A stretch of DNA of 64,000 nucleotides, taken from positions 48,794,001 through 48,858,000 of the forward strand of contig OZ024742.1 in the NCBI GenBank assembly GCA_964016885.1. The letters run 5' to 3'. This stretch comes from Eledone cirrhosa. Lineage: Eukaryota. The position numbers were made by a program, and so were the translations under genes. The notes below the pieces were generated by a model. The model was given only the letters and a program-made list of their open reading frames with translations, ran no database searches and was not told the DNA's origin. Shown piece after piece: positions 16,455-29,199 of this stretch (position 1 is the first letter of the stretch; each line of letters opens with the position of its first letter).

Positions 16455-17500
16455 CACTGCCTTTTCAGCAATTATATTGATATGGAAATTGGTATTAATA
16501 AGAGTGAAGTCCTAGTGATGAGGAAGGGTTAATTGAAGAGAAGCAATAGAATCGAGACACCAGCGAATTAGACGATCAAGGTGATCAACATCGAAGGATA
16601 TAGGTATTTTGGTGTTATAGATGCAGATAACATCAAGGAAAATAAGTTGATGGTAGTATCTGAATACATCTGTGCAATACAATCCCGCGCTGTGTCTATT
16701 ATTAGGTACAGTTTCGGAGTTCAAATCTCACCGAAATTAACTTTGCCTTTTATCCTTACAGGGTCCATAAAATAAAGTACCAGTAATGCACTGGGTAATT
16801 GCTGGCCTTGTGCCAAAAGCAGAAACAATTATTAGGTACAGTGTGGGAATTCTTAAATGGGATGTAGTCAAGCAAAAAGTATTGGATATAAAGACAAGGA
16901 CATTAATGACTACCTACACTATGATTTATAACAAAGTTGCCGTTGAAAGAATTTACTTCAAAAGAGCTGAAGGCGGGAGAGTTTTTATCAGCTTGGAGAA
17001 CTTTGTTCAGCTGGACAAGAGCAGTTTACATTAATATGTGACTGAGGGGCTATATTGGAGGAGATAATAGACCAGGCGTTGTCCAGCAACGACACAACGA
17101 CAGAGAGAAAGGACAGCCTGAATGAAAAAGCTCTAAATATTTATCTTCAGGTAAACAATTAGAACATAATAGGCCAGATTTGATGTATTTGACAAGAAAA
17201 AAAAGACATTTCATGATTATAGATGAACTTTATACCTTTGACACCAAAGTGCAAGCAAACTATGGAGAAAAAACTAATCGCTAACAGCATTTAACGTGTA
17301 AACTTGAAATATGTTGGAACTGTCATATTTTGGATCCACCATCGTTATAGGTGTACTTGCTTCTGTTTCGCAACGTTGCCAAGGCTGACTAAAGACTATT
17401 AACCATGCCACCGTTTTGAGAACACTTCATAGGCATGTCTACTGAGAACGAAAATGACCCACTTATACGTGCGAAATACCTCAGGTTGTTCGTTGCGACT
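16455..17500 (+). mobile_element. Second degenerate R4/Dong fragment (RT C-terminus to 3' end)
   Basis: YSVGILKW..LDIKTRTLMT..VERIYFKRAEGGR and IVIGVLASV motifs. Confidence 0.7.
16713..16827 (+). mobile_element. 5'-truncated tRNA-SINE with 15-bp TSD, nested in the Dong fragment
   Basis: TSD attattaggtacagt at 16698-16712 and 16828-16842. Confidence 0.9.
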
Positions 17501-17604
17501 TGATGAGGGGGGGGGGGCAATGTTTCACGTTAAATAACAACAATGACTGAGATACCAAATTCCTAATAGTAATTTAATAATGTTAATGATGATGATGATG
17601 ATTA

Positions 17605-18075
17605 CTTTCTTGCACACAAGTCATCAATGTGTTGGAGGTGAGAGTCGATTAATTTGATTCCAGTATATAATTGATCCTCTTTTGTATGCATCGGAATGAT
17701 GAAAGTCTAAATTTACTTCGTTGGCATTTGAACGTAGAACTTGAAGAAGCGTAACTGAATGCCACAAAGAATCTTGTCCAACACTTTAACTATTCTGTCA
17801 ATTCATTTTATTGAAACAAGTGTGCAAAATGGAATGAGAATCGGTCTAACTCAGATGGTGATATAAAGTCGATACCAGATTACCAGGAGGTAATTTGAAA
17901 TGGGAATAATTTATAGTTTTTATACTTGGTACTTAGACTAACTTTGCTATTCATCCTTACGATGGATCGATAAAATAAGTAGCAGTCAAGTGCTACGGGT
18001 CAATTCAATCAAATTAGTATACCCAACATACCCTCACATCCCCGAAATCATTGATGGTTTGATGCCAAATTTGTA
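17605..18075. mobile_element. Old SINE copies (minus ~17605-17800; plus ~17935-18075)
   Basis: atttgaac (reverse B-box); tcatccttacgatggatcgataaaataagtagcagt core. Confidence 0.55.
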
Positions 18076-18584
18076 AATCATTATCGCTGCATCCGCAATA
18101 CATACACAGAAAGGAAAAAATAAAGCAAATAGAGATAATTAGAAAGGACGAATGAAAGCATAAAAGAGATGATATATATATATATACATAATAGGGAGGG
18201 GAGAGAGAGGGATGAGATGAAGGGACAAAAGCGAAGGGAGATAGCGAAGTAATACAAGAACCAGCTTTCTTTTAGTACTGTTACAGCTATCTGCTTATAT
18301 CTGTGTAACTGAAACATCTATCATGGTATAATTAGACATTTCGTACCATCTAACAGATGAATTATCTACAGCTGTACTAATGTCAAATGCGTTCCCGTTT
18401 CGGCTGCCAAATTTTCACCATTTTCTTTCGTCAGTTTTCTCGCATACATCCCTAGACACATACACGGAGAGATACGTACTTATGCAAATGCGTCAGTACA
18501 CACGTTCTTATTAAATATACATGCCTTATTACATACCTGCATAGTTGTATACATACATGCTTACATACACACATACATACATAT

Positions 18585-19010
<426 letters not shown>

Positions 19011-19015
19011 ATATA

Positions 19016-19106
<91 letters not shown>

Positions 19107-19119
19107 GTACATACAAACA

Positions 19120-19155
<36 letters not shown>

Positions 19156-19171
19156 TATGTATGTATATATG

Positions 19172-19204
<33 letters not shown>

Positions 19205-19444
19205 GTGTGTATTTATATATATACATACATGCATAATACACAGATACATAGTTACATAAATATATATATACATCGAAGCAGACTGAGATAACATACACAA
19301 AGACAAACAGACATGCATAGACAGACAGACTTTCATACGTGCAAACTGACATACTTGCGTATTTCTAGTTTATCTGTTTGTGTATCTCAAATACACACAG
19401 CAACACTCAATCAGGCCCTTGATCTCATTTAGTCACTCCCCCTG

Positions 19445-19547
<103 letters not shown>

Positions 19548-19680
19548 GTGGAACCTTAGCTCTTTCATTGACACTGGAGCATCTGATTTATCGGTCCATG
19601 TATGTGACCTATATATATATATATACGTGTGTGTGTGTGTGTGTATATATATTTATATATATATATATTTATATATATAC

Positions 19681-19809
<129 letters not shown>

Positions 19810-19847
19810 CACATACAAACACACATAAAATCACACACACACATAGC

Positions 19848-19887
<40 letters not shown>

Positions 19888-20794
19888 CATTATTAAGTTT
19901 CTTGTGTTTATAAGCTGGCATATGTTATTTAGAATAGAAAGTTTCTCTGCGTTTGTATATATGTATGTCTGTGTGTATTCATATGTATGAGTGTGTATGG
20001 GAATATAAAATCCAGGAAGGTGATATCATCAGCCAGATGGTGAACAGACTTAGGATACAGATGTATGTGTGTGTGTGTGTGTGTGTGGTGTATTGGTGTA
20101 TATGTATTATTGGTACTGTTTTTACGAATCTTTGTGTGCATATGTTCTTGTGAGTACGTTTGCGCATATATGTGTGTATAAATGTGTTTATGCAAAGCAG
20201 GCAGCAGATGCAATGTGCTTTCACACAGCAGGAAAGCTGGTACAACCGCAGTTTATTCCTTGATTGTTATTCTTCCTAAGGATATCACCCCCCCTCCCCC
20301 AATACAGAATGAATAATATATTCACACGCAACTTATAAAACTGTTATTCACATATAAACAAATAAAACACATTTTGTGATCCCAAGCATTTCATGCTGCC
20401 CAAATTCTTCACAAATCTTCTTTCAAGATTTGCTTTAAAATTTTGTTTTTTTGTAAATTTTTCTTCAAGCTCTTCTAGTTTCGTTGTTCCAGATACAAGT
20501 TCAACAACATTAGTGTATCCCTGGATTAATCCTACCCGAGCACAATTAGGATCATAGACGCACGAGACAACATTGACCAGTTTTCTTTCGTATGTATTCC
20601 ATTTTTTCCCAGGGATTGAGTGTCATTATAATATAAACTTCTGTAGCGTCAGATTATTTTGCTTATGTTTGTAGCAGAATATATGGCCACCCCGAACTCT
20701 CACGCGATATCTTTCTCTCTATCTCTCGCTCTTTCTATATACATGTATATTCATACATACATACATACGTACATCCATACATTCATATATATAT

Positions 20795-21378
20795 ACTTCT
20801 TCTTGGTTGTCCATCGTAAACGATGATGACATCTTCTTGATCGCCGCAGGGCTTTGGGAGTGCACGCTAAAGAAGAAACTTGTGCGGGAAAGGTTTATAG
20901 TGGGAGGGCCAAATCACAATGACGGTCCCACTCACTCGGCCGCAGAAGCCAGAATCCGGTGGTACGGAGGACCGTCACGAACAGGGATTCCCTGGCTGCA
21001 GTGGATCGCCACGACGTCTGTAGTGCCTTGCCGTGCCCTAGCGCTCCACACCGCTTGCTGTCGCCGCCTTCGTGATTGTTGGGACGATGATGTCCTCTCC
21101 ACTCACTCCGCCGGGTCAATTCTTCGCATGCAGGGGAAGGCACCCCTTATCTAACTCACCGGGGGTTTCAGACCCGTCCGGCTACCCTCAAACTGGTTCG
21201 GCCCGCCAGCCAAGGGGTTTACCAGAGTGTGGCCGCTGTCGCATGCTACAGCTTCTTGGAGCCACAGGTGAGAGGTGAGTGTCAGGTGGGACCCAATGCA
21301 GGACCAGCTGTCCTGAAAAGGGCATGGATAGCCCCCCCCCCCCCTACAGAGGTACATGACCCTCCCTGACACCCCAGG
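20795..21378 (-). mobile_element. GC-rich ~580-bp element, probably a non-autonomous (bipartite) RTE derivative
   Basis: Minus-strand 3' end gtcatcatcgtttacgatggacaacc(aag)n resembles RTE tails; 5' end forms a hairpin gggtgtcagg../..cctgacactc; no RT coding. Confidence 0.5.
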
Positions 21379-21572
21379 CATATGCAAACGTATATACATA
21401 GACATACATATGTACATGTGTATATACATATTTAAACATTTTTGGATGGCCGTTGACTCTTATCAGTTCTTCCGCCCTTATACATACATACATACATATA
21501 TATATATATACATATACATGTGTATTCGTATATATACTACTCACACACGCGTGCATATATATATATATATAT

Positions 21573-21785
21573 AACGAAGGAAATGTGGTAAGGAACCAGG
21601 TGGACCATAACGCACCAAAGTACTCAATACTTGAGGTAGTAGAGTGGGTAATAGGAACCAGTAAGACCCCGACAGCTGAGCTCAAGCCGTTTCGACGGCT
21701 AATTCTGGACTAAAAAAAAAAATTTTTTTAGTCCAGAATTAGCCGTCGAAACGGCTTGAGCTCAGCTGTCGGGGTCTTACTGGTT

Positions 21786-21790
<5 letters not shown>
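21573..21790. mobile_element. Family F1 hairpin mini-element (near-perfect 140-bp palindrome 21651-21790)
   Basis: ataggaaccagtaagacc..gtttcgacggctaattctggact(a)n(t)n agtccagaattagccgtcgaaac..ggttcctat. Confidence 0.92.
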
Positions 21791-21828
<38 letters not shown>

Positions 21829-21830
<2 letters not shown>

Positions 21831-21960
21831 CGAAGGAATTGTGGTAAGGAACCAGATGGACCATAACGCACCAGAGTACTCAATACTTAGGGTATTAGAG
21901 TGGGTAATAGAAAAAGTATGACCCCGATGGCAAAGCTAAAGCCGTTTCGACGGCTATTTC
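21829..21960. mobile_element. Family F1 half copy fused to a Penelope fragment
   Basis: Same tail and left arm, ending at gacggctatttc. Confidence 0.85.
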
Positions 21961-22466
21961 TATATTTCTATAAAAAAGCCGCCAGCAGGGACCTGTTCGT
22001 ACATTTCAGATCGGCCCTCCCACTCGGTGCCAAGTTCGGATACATAAGGAACGAACTGGCACGTATCCGGAACAAATATATATATCTACGCGGTCAGCTA
22101 ACCAAAATACACTCCACCAGACATGACAACTGCTGCAGACTAGCCAACTGCCCCATCAACGACACAGACCTATGCCACCAGGCTTACGTCGTATACAGAC
22201 TAGAGTGTGACAAATGCAACAACTTCTACGTACGTAGCACCACCAGACCACTCCACATAAGAATAAAAAAACACCTCAATACTAACACTTCCTCATTTAA
22301 GAAACACCTAGTTAAATGCAAAAATATCGACAAAACCATAACTGTTAGGATAGAAACTAAGGAAAGAAACCTCAGCAATCTTAGAATTAAGGAAGCACTA
22401 ATTATAGACAAAACACAACCACCAATTAATAATAGATTAGAACTCAACACCCAATTTATAACTTGA
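21961..22466 (+). pseudogene. Penelope-like element C-terminus (thumb remnant plus GIY-YIG endonuclease)
   Basis: FYKKAASRDLFVHFRSALPL..CRLANCP..VVYRLECDKCNNFYVRSTTRPLHIRIKKH..LRIKEALII..PPINNRLE. Confidence 0.88.
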
Positions 22467-22884
22467 TGGAGCTCCTAGCCCCATATTTACACACACCCCA
22501 CACGCACACACGCACCCACACACACACACACGATTACACCTCCACTTATTCTCTCTCACACATACACACACTAAACCTGTTCTAACACGAGATAACATCT
22601 ATCCCCCACATTTACGTATAGACATATCTTCTCACACTCACACACACACACTCACGTACTTACACCTTTATGCATTCTCCCACACACTTAAACAGGCATG
22701 TACAAAAAAACAAAAAAAACAAAAAAACAAAAAAAAAACATAAACAAACCCCTCTTAAAGGGAGACTACTCTTTATCCACCTAATCTTAACTCTTTGAAA
22801 TTAGAGATAGAACAGATACTCTATACCATTTCCTGTCAGCATGACTTGGAAAGCTTTTTAGAACACTGGTTTGACAACTTTATT

Positions 22885-22942
22885 CCCTCTGAAGAAGAGA
22901 TATTATCTCGAAAATTTAGGACACTTAAATAAATCTAAGGTA
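22885..22942 (+). ncRNA. HHR in the Penelope 3' pLTR region
   Basis: CUGAAGA a-gagau-auu-aucuc GAAA auuuag..cuaagg UA, ~420 nt after the EN stop codon. Confidence 0.65.
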
Positions 22943-24299
22943 AAAGACAAATTGTCAACAATATCTTTTGCATTTGCATTCTTTATTCTATGTCCATACC
23001 TGCATTGTTTTGGCTTTATTATACATATACAAACGTTTATATATATTTATATATATATATATATGGGGGGGGGGTCTCTGTGTATGTGTATATGTGTGGG
23101 TTTGTATAATAGTATATGCATATGCGTATATACATATGTGGATGCATATATTATTTTTCTCACTTTCTCATTAGCTTTATGGCCGGAATGAATGGACTGT
23201 AGAGAATCCCTGTGACCAGTGGGTTTTACCAAGCTCATATTTGCCTGAGAAACACCATGTGTCCCTGGGGCACTCCAATACATCAACAAGGTGTTAATGG
23301 TTCAATAAATGATTAAATTTATGCAATAACTGAAATAACTGTTTCTAAAACATAGAAATTGTCCAACAGAAGTGACGTGGGTCTAAACAAGAAGGACAAC
23401 TGCAGCATCACAAACAATATCAACGATGACATGTCGACTTGCTTGAAATAATAACAGAATTTCTTCTCAAACCACACACCATAGGCTCATAAAAGGTCAT
23501 GGTACATTAATTAATTTACTCCTATTTTCTCCTAAAAAAGATTTTCTCAGATCTGCTTCATCAATATTGACCTAGGGTTAAACATCAACAACTTAGCAAC
23601 AATAGTCTTACAACATATCTGTACGGCAATCATTTTGTCTGGCGCCATATTGATTCTGACATCTAAGTTTGCCACAAGGCCAAACATTATGAGCAAAGAC
23701 AGTGTTGATTAAATCGACTCCAGTACTTCACCGGGCAATTTGTGAGAATCTTCATAATAAAATGTTTCTAAGGTCACTTAGAGGGCAATATGTTTTATTC
23801 ATGCTTCATAAAATAGCTAAAGCAGAAAAGTAATAAATAAAATATGAGAGGAAAACACGCACAAACATAATCGCATAGATTTGTATAAACACACACAAAC
23901 ACAAACATACGCGCGCGCTTGTGTATGTGTGTGCGTGTATATATTTATGCAGATACGGCATACGGAAATTGCGTCTATATGACAAAAACTCATTCAAACG
24001 TTTGAAATCAAGAGACTACAAACGAACGAAACAGTTTTAGTCCCGAGGTACCTCATCTACTAATGTAATGCGTACCTTATTTAACTTCTTTCTCGTCGGA
24101 AATAATTTATATATATAAATTGAACATACATTTTTAATATAGAACTAACTTCTGGAATTTGCTGTTGAAACGGAAAAAATCTTAGCCGACGTTAACTAAC
24201 TCTATACTCTCTATATATAAATATGGGTAGATTATCGGTGGGTATCGGGAGGTAACTACAATTTAAAAAGGTATGATATATATATATATATAATATATA

Positions 24300-24396
<97 letters not shown>

Positions 24397-24595
24397 TATG
24401 TACACGTACATACATATATGTATACAGACGTAAAGTAGTATGTATATATATACATACATGCACACATATATATATGTACGTATAGACCTACCGAACATTT
24501 ATTATAATGCCCGGTGTGTTTGTAAACAAACATCCCTTATTAAGCCGTAGTGTCCAGCAACCATCGTTGCTCGTTTATTCAACACTGACAAAGGA

Positions 24596-24638
24596 ACGCT
24601 GTACTAGTTTCAAGCTTATTAGCTATCGTCAGCAACGT
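24596..24638 (-). ncRNA. Minimal type I HHR
   Basis: acguug CUGACGA uagcu-aaua-agcuu GAAA CUAG UA cagcgu. Confidence 0.85.
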
Positions 24639-25121
24639 ATACCTTCCTGCCAGATTGTTGAACGTATATACTTACTTTATGTATATTAACGGCTGAGTAG
24701 CCCAATTTGCATATCGAGTGGGTTAATCGGCCGGGTGCACCGAAAACGATAAACGAAAAAAATGAAACGAAATTTCATTTCCCACTCTTAGTACGGCTTA
24801 ATACGGGATGTTTGTTTACAAACAGACCGGCATTATAATAAATGTTCAGTAGGTCCATACATACATATATATATGTGTGCATGTATGTATATATATATAC
24901 ATACTACTGTACGTCTGTATACATATATGTATGTACGTGTACATACTTATATTTAAGTAACAGCCGTACTAAGAGTGGGAAATGAAATTTCGTTTCATTT
25001 TTTCCAATTATCGTTTTCGGTGCACTCAGCCGATTAACCCACTCGATATGCAAATTGGGCTACTCAGCCGTTAATATGCATAAGGTAAGTATATACGTTC
25101 AACTATCTGGCAGGAAGGTCT

Positions 25122-25164
25122 ACGTTGCTGACGATAGCTAATAAGCTTGAAACTAGTACAGCGT
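25122..25164 (+). ncRNA. Minimal type I HHR
   Basis: acguug CUGACGA uagcu-aaua-agcuu GAAA CUAG UA cagcgu; palindromic ACUAGU stem III. Confidence 0.85.
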
Positions 25165-25170
25165 TCCTTT

Positions 25171-26900
25171 ACTGGATTGATTATACCCATGGAAATTGAG
25201 CCACCTTGTTCTGGCTCCTACGACGTCGTTGTTTAAGATGAGGTGCAGAGTCCAATTGGCAGCATTGATTGTGTGGACCTACCCCACAGGGCATACATAG
25301 TCATCAAGGTATGGTGTCGGTTCCGATGAACCCACGCCGACACCCTGACTGACGTCCGCATCCCCGTATGTCTTTAGTCTTTGCAATCCGGTGGTGTTCA
25401 TGCGGAGAGAGTTCACCTTCTCTGGTGTCTGCTAGTCATGATAATCTCCGATTTCAAGTTGACTATGTCATTCTTTAATCTCACTATCTCCATGGCCTCG
25501 GACAGGCATAGCATGCACATCCTCTCGCCTGCCGAATATGCACTGGCATGTTGAACGATAAGCCAGTTGAGATCATACGGGGTACCGGTGTCCTTCAAGT
25601 CCCATATTAGGTCCACCAGCCTAGTGGAATGTCTCTTGCTCCTGTCCTTGAAAGAGTTTGTGTGATTGTACATCCTCTATTTAAAGTTCGTGGATGCTGC
25701 GCCGATCTAGGTGCGCTTGGTGTTGTGCGTGTTAACCACACATTATTATACTACGTCTTTCGTTAGGCATCTTCCCTGCAGAGGGCATTGTGTGCCTACA
25801 CTGCAGTTGCATGATCGTTCGTTATGTTGCTTATTCATTACGCTGGATCCTGGTCTTATTACGGCGTTCCCCCGATTCTCTGGGCGTTGTTCTGTCGGTG
25901 CCGTGGGCTCCTTTTCGTCATTCAGTTCCACCTGGTAGTCGAGTATTGTGTCTTCCGCGGGTGTGCCGGCCACTGTGGGGACCGGACCATAGTTGATAAC
26001 CCTGTCGCCAAGTGCCCCCCCCCCGGATCGTCGGCCACCTGCCGTAGTTGGCGATTGAGCTACCCCAACTTCACCGCATTGGTTTTGGTCATATAGTCTG
26101 CCATGTTACGTGCGGTAGAGAAGGTAAACTTCACTCTGTGGCGTTGAATATCCTGTGGTATCTGTTCGAGGGCGGGAAGCACTCGTCCAACGCTCTGAAG
26201 AAGAGGCATACATGCTTCGAATACGGCGCGTTAAACCACGTCTTAGACCTTGTCCTATTCCTTCGTCTGTGTGTAGTAGTATTAATGTGTGTTGGGTCAG
26301 ATGCCCATCCCGTGTTGTGTCTACCCGTTAGTTCATTCCCTATGTTACTGCTATCTATATATCTACCATGTGCGTCTGGATTCGCCGTTCACTTATTAAA
26401 TATTATGTTCTATATTGTCGGCCCGGTTGGTAGTCCCGTTAATGCTATCTGGTGTTATTGTCGGGGCTATGTCTATGCTATTGATCCGGGTGCTACCTGG
26501 TTCAACGTCCAGAGCTGCATTTATTCTGTCTCTAGTTCCAGTTGCCGCGTCGTGTATTGTGTCTGTGTTGAGATACTGTCTGCGTGTACTATGTGGTCTA
26601 CCATCCGCGTGTAACTTCGTCTGTCTTAGTGTCAGTCTTGTGTCATTGCGATAATCTATATTGCTAGGCCTATTCTTAGATGCGTGTTCCGGGGTGTTCT
26701 GCCTACCTATGGAAATACTATTGCTATCCTCTATTGCGCATTCCTCGCCGCTGGGCCTTTCCCTGTCTGGGGTGTACAGTATGGCTTCTGTGTAAACGGC
26801 CCTGCGCAGTGCCTCATTATAATAATCGGTGTGCTGTTTAAAGACGTCTGCGTTAGCTGACAGTGTGAATACGCATTTGGATACCCCACTAGACGTATCT
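25171..26900 (-). mobile_element. Penelope-like element 3' portion (thumb, linker, Cys motif, GIY-YIG, 3' UTR), degenerate
   Basis: YYNEALRRAVY; RTRSKTWFNAPYSKHV; CNC..CPLQGRCLTKDVV; YNHTNSFK..STRL..IWDLKD..LNWLIV..AY..CMLCLSE..NLKSEI. Confidence 0.88.
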
Positions 26901-27196
26901 GAGGAACTTGCGAATCCAGAGTCAAGTTCGATCCACATACAGATCTCACCGCGAGCCGTTCGCCGGAGAAATAATTGTAAAACGTAATAAATAAGTTGCG
27001 ATGCATCACTGATTCTTCTTTTGCCATGTTATCATACTCTGCTCCGTAGGAGCATAGAGTTCTCAACCGGCATAACGCTTATGGACGCATCCTAGCAACC
27101 ATAAGACATATGTATATATATATATATATATTTATTAGAAAGTGAAGTTTTTTTTACAAAATGAAAAATAACGAGTGAAGTATACACGAGTGAAAG

Positions 27197-27498
27197 TATA
27201 AAGAAAAAAAGATGAAATCGAAAATTCAACTCGAGTCTTATTTTTAAAAATATATATATATTTATTTGGTTCCTTTACCGGTTTCGCAGTTCTTCTGCTT
27301 TTCAAAAGTAGAATGGAGATGGCGGGTGTGTGGTTTTTCTCACATCTGTGAGAAGGGAGAAAACCAGAGACCCTCCATCTTAACTCTACTTTTGAAAAGC
27401 AGAAGAACTGCGAAACCGGTAAAGGAACCAAATAAATATATATATATTTTTAAATAAGACTCGAGTTGAATTTTCGATTTCATCTTTTTTTCTTTATA
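27197..27498. mobile_element. ~300-bp palindrome with a variant HHR on both arms, TA-flanked
   Basis: Plus-strand motif UUGAAAA gcag-aagaa-cugc GAAA CCGG UA at 27392-27421; mirror at 27275-27305. Confidence 0.85.
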
Positions 27499-27687
27499 TA
27501 TATATATATATAGTGGTAACGGATAAAAGATTTGTCCGGAAAACACTGCCATAATACCGGCCAGAGTCATCTCCCTTGACCTACTGCAAAATCAATACAT
27601 GTTTTTTTACGAAGAATGAACTCTGACGTGCACTTATCATTAGAAACCCGTTCCGAGCCATGTAAGGAACACTTTTTAGTCATTTAT

Positions 27688-27726
27688 GCCCTTGAGAAGC
27701 CCATTCGGGCTAAACGTACGTAGGTG
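27688..27726 (+). ncRNA. Degenerate HHR in a ~270-bp TA-flanked segment
   Basis: cUUGAGA agccc-auuc-gggc UAAA CGUACG UA gg; palindromic stem III ACGUACGU. Confidence 0.5.
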
Positions 27727-27981
27727 GTATTTTAAATAAACATGTTTTAACGGTTTGTTCTCCTATATTTATATCTCCACGTATATATATATATGCCAAA
27801 TCAACTTTTTCAAATACAAGTCGATGTTGAACGGTATGTCAAATCATTTTATCTATAAAACTGTCTATATTGTATTTTGTCTGTGGAAGGCATAACTTAT
27901 TGTTAATATGATATCCCTGAAATATATATAATGAAATAAATATGGTTTTATAAATATAGTTTCCATTTATTTAATATCGTA

Positions 27982-28054
<73 letters not shown>

Positions 28055-28060
<6 letters not shown>

Positions 28061-29059
28061 ATAAATTAACGGAGCCATAGACTCTCGCTATTCCCTGTCA
28101 ATAATGTGCTCAAAGGAGAAGAAATCATGAGCTCTTTAAAATAAAATATGTTGAAAAGGTAACACACTAGAGAGAGATACAGTGCGCTATCAATAAAACA
28201 GGGAAAAACCACCAGTGTATTGAATCTATAACCTATGAAATGCAGAGTAGACACACGATAATTAAACATATTAACTAAAGTGTAAATACATACCTCTTTA
28301 ACTATATAACACACGTACAAATCCAAAGAGATCTGGTTCGCCAGTAATTTGTTTACAGAAATGAAATAACCCATGATTCGTCAGCGTGTGTAAGGCTATA
28401 GATTTCAAACAACACTAAGAGAATTTTAAAGCGACCGTCCAGCTACACGTAGGTGAGAGAATTCACATCGTGTTTAAGCGCACTATATCTGTTTCTAGTG
28501 TGTTACCTTTTCAACATATTGTATTTTAAAGAGCTCAGAATTTCTTCTCCTTTGAGCACATTATTGACAGGGAATAGCGAGAGTCTATGGCTCCGTTAAT
28601 TTATTGTGATATTTCGCTCCTTATAACAGTCTTTCCGCTCTCTCTGTTTGGTTGAGCACACCTCTCTGAGTGGTTTTGGGCTGCCCTTTCTAGCAGCTCG
28701 TCTCTCAGAGGCCACTGGTTCACTACCCTTAAACATGCTGTGACTTCTCTCTCCCACGTGTAGCTGGACGATCGCTTTAAATTCTCTTAGTGTTTTCTAA
28801 AATGTATAGCCTTACACACGCTGACAAACCATGGGTTATTTCATTTCTGTCAACAACTTACTGGCGAAACAGATTTCTTTGGATTTGTACGTGTGTTATA
28901 TAATTATAGAGGTATGTATTTACACTTTAGTTAATATTTTTGATTATCGTGTGTCTACTCTGCCTTTCATAGGTTATAGATTCCTTACACTGGTGGTTTA
29001 TCCCTGTTTTATTGATAGTGCACTGTATCTCTCTCTAGTGTGTTACCTTTTCAACATAT

Positions 29060-29062
<3 letters not shown>
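28055..29062. mobile_element. ~540-nt terminally redundant unit (minus) joined to an inverted partial copy (plus), TA-flanked
   Basis: 28055-28188 is the reverse complement of 28477-28612; 28146-28465 is the reverse complement of 28741-29061. Confidence 0.85.
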
Positions 29063-29104
<42 letters not shown>

Positions 29105-29199
29105 GTTTTGGAAGCTTCAACAATGCGTATGTGTAAATCACCGGATAACAGAATCAGGTGGTAATGAGAGAGAGATGTAAGAGGAAGCGTAGAAAGAGA

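Larger units (their letters stand above)
24394..25170. mobile_element. Family F2: ~415-nt HHR unit present as two opposite-orientation, circularly permuted copies
   Basis: Minus copy 24797->24394 has order B-HHR-C-A; plus copy 24798-25170 has order A-B-HHR. Confidence 0.85.

Noticed and set aside
20342-20625. ~90-codon open frame on the minus strand (..LVNVVSCVYDPNCARVGLIQG..)
   Set aside because: No recognisable homology or splice context
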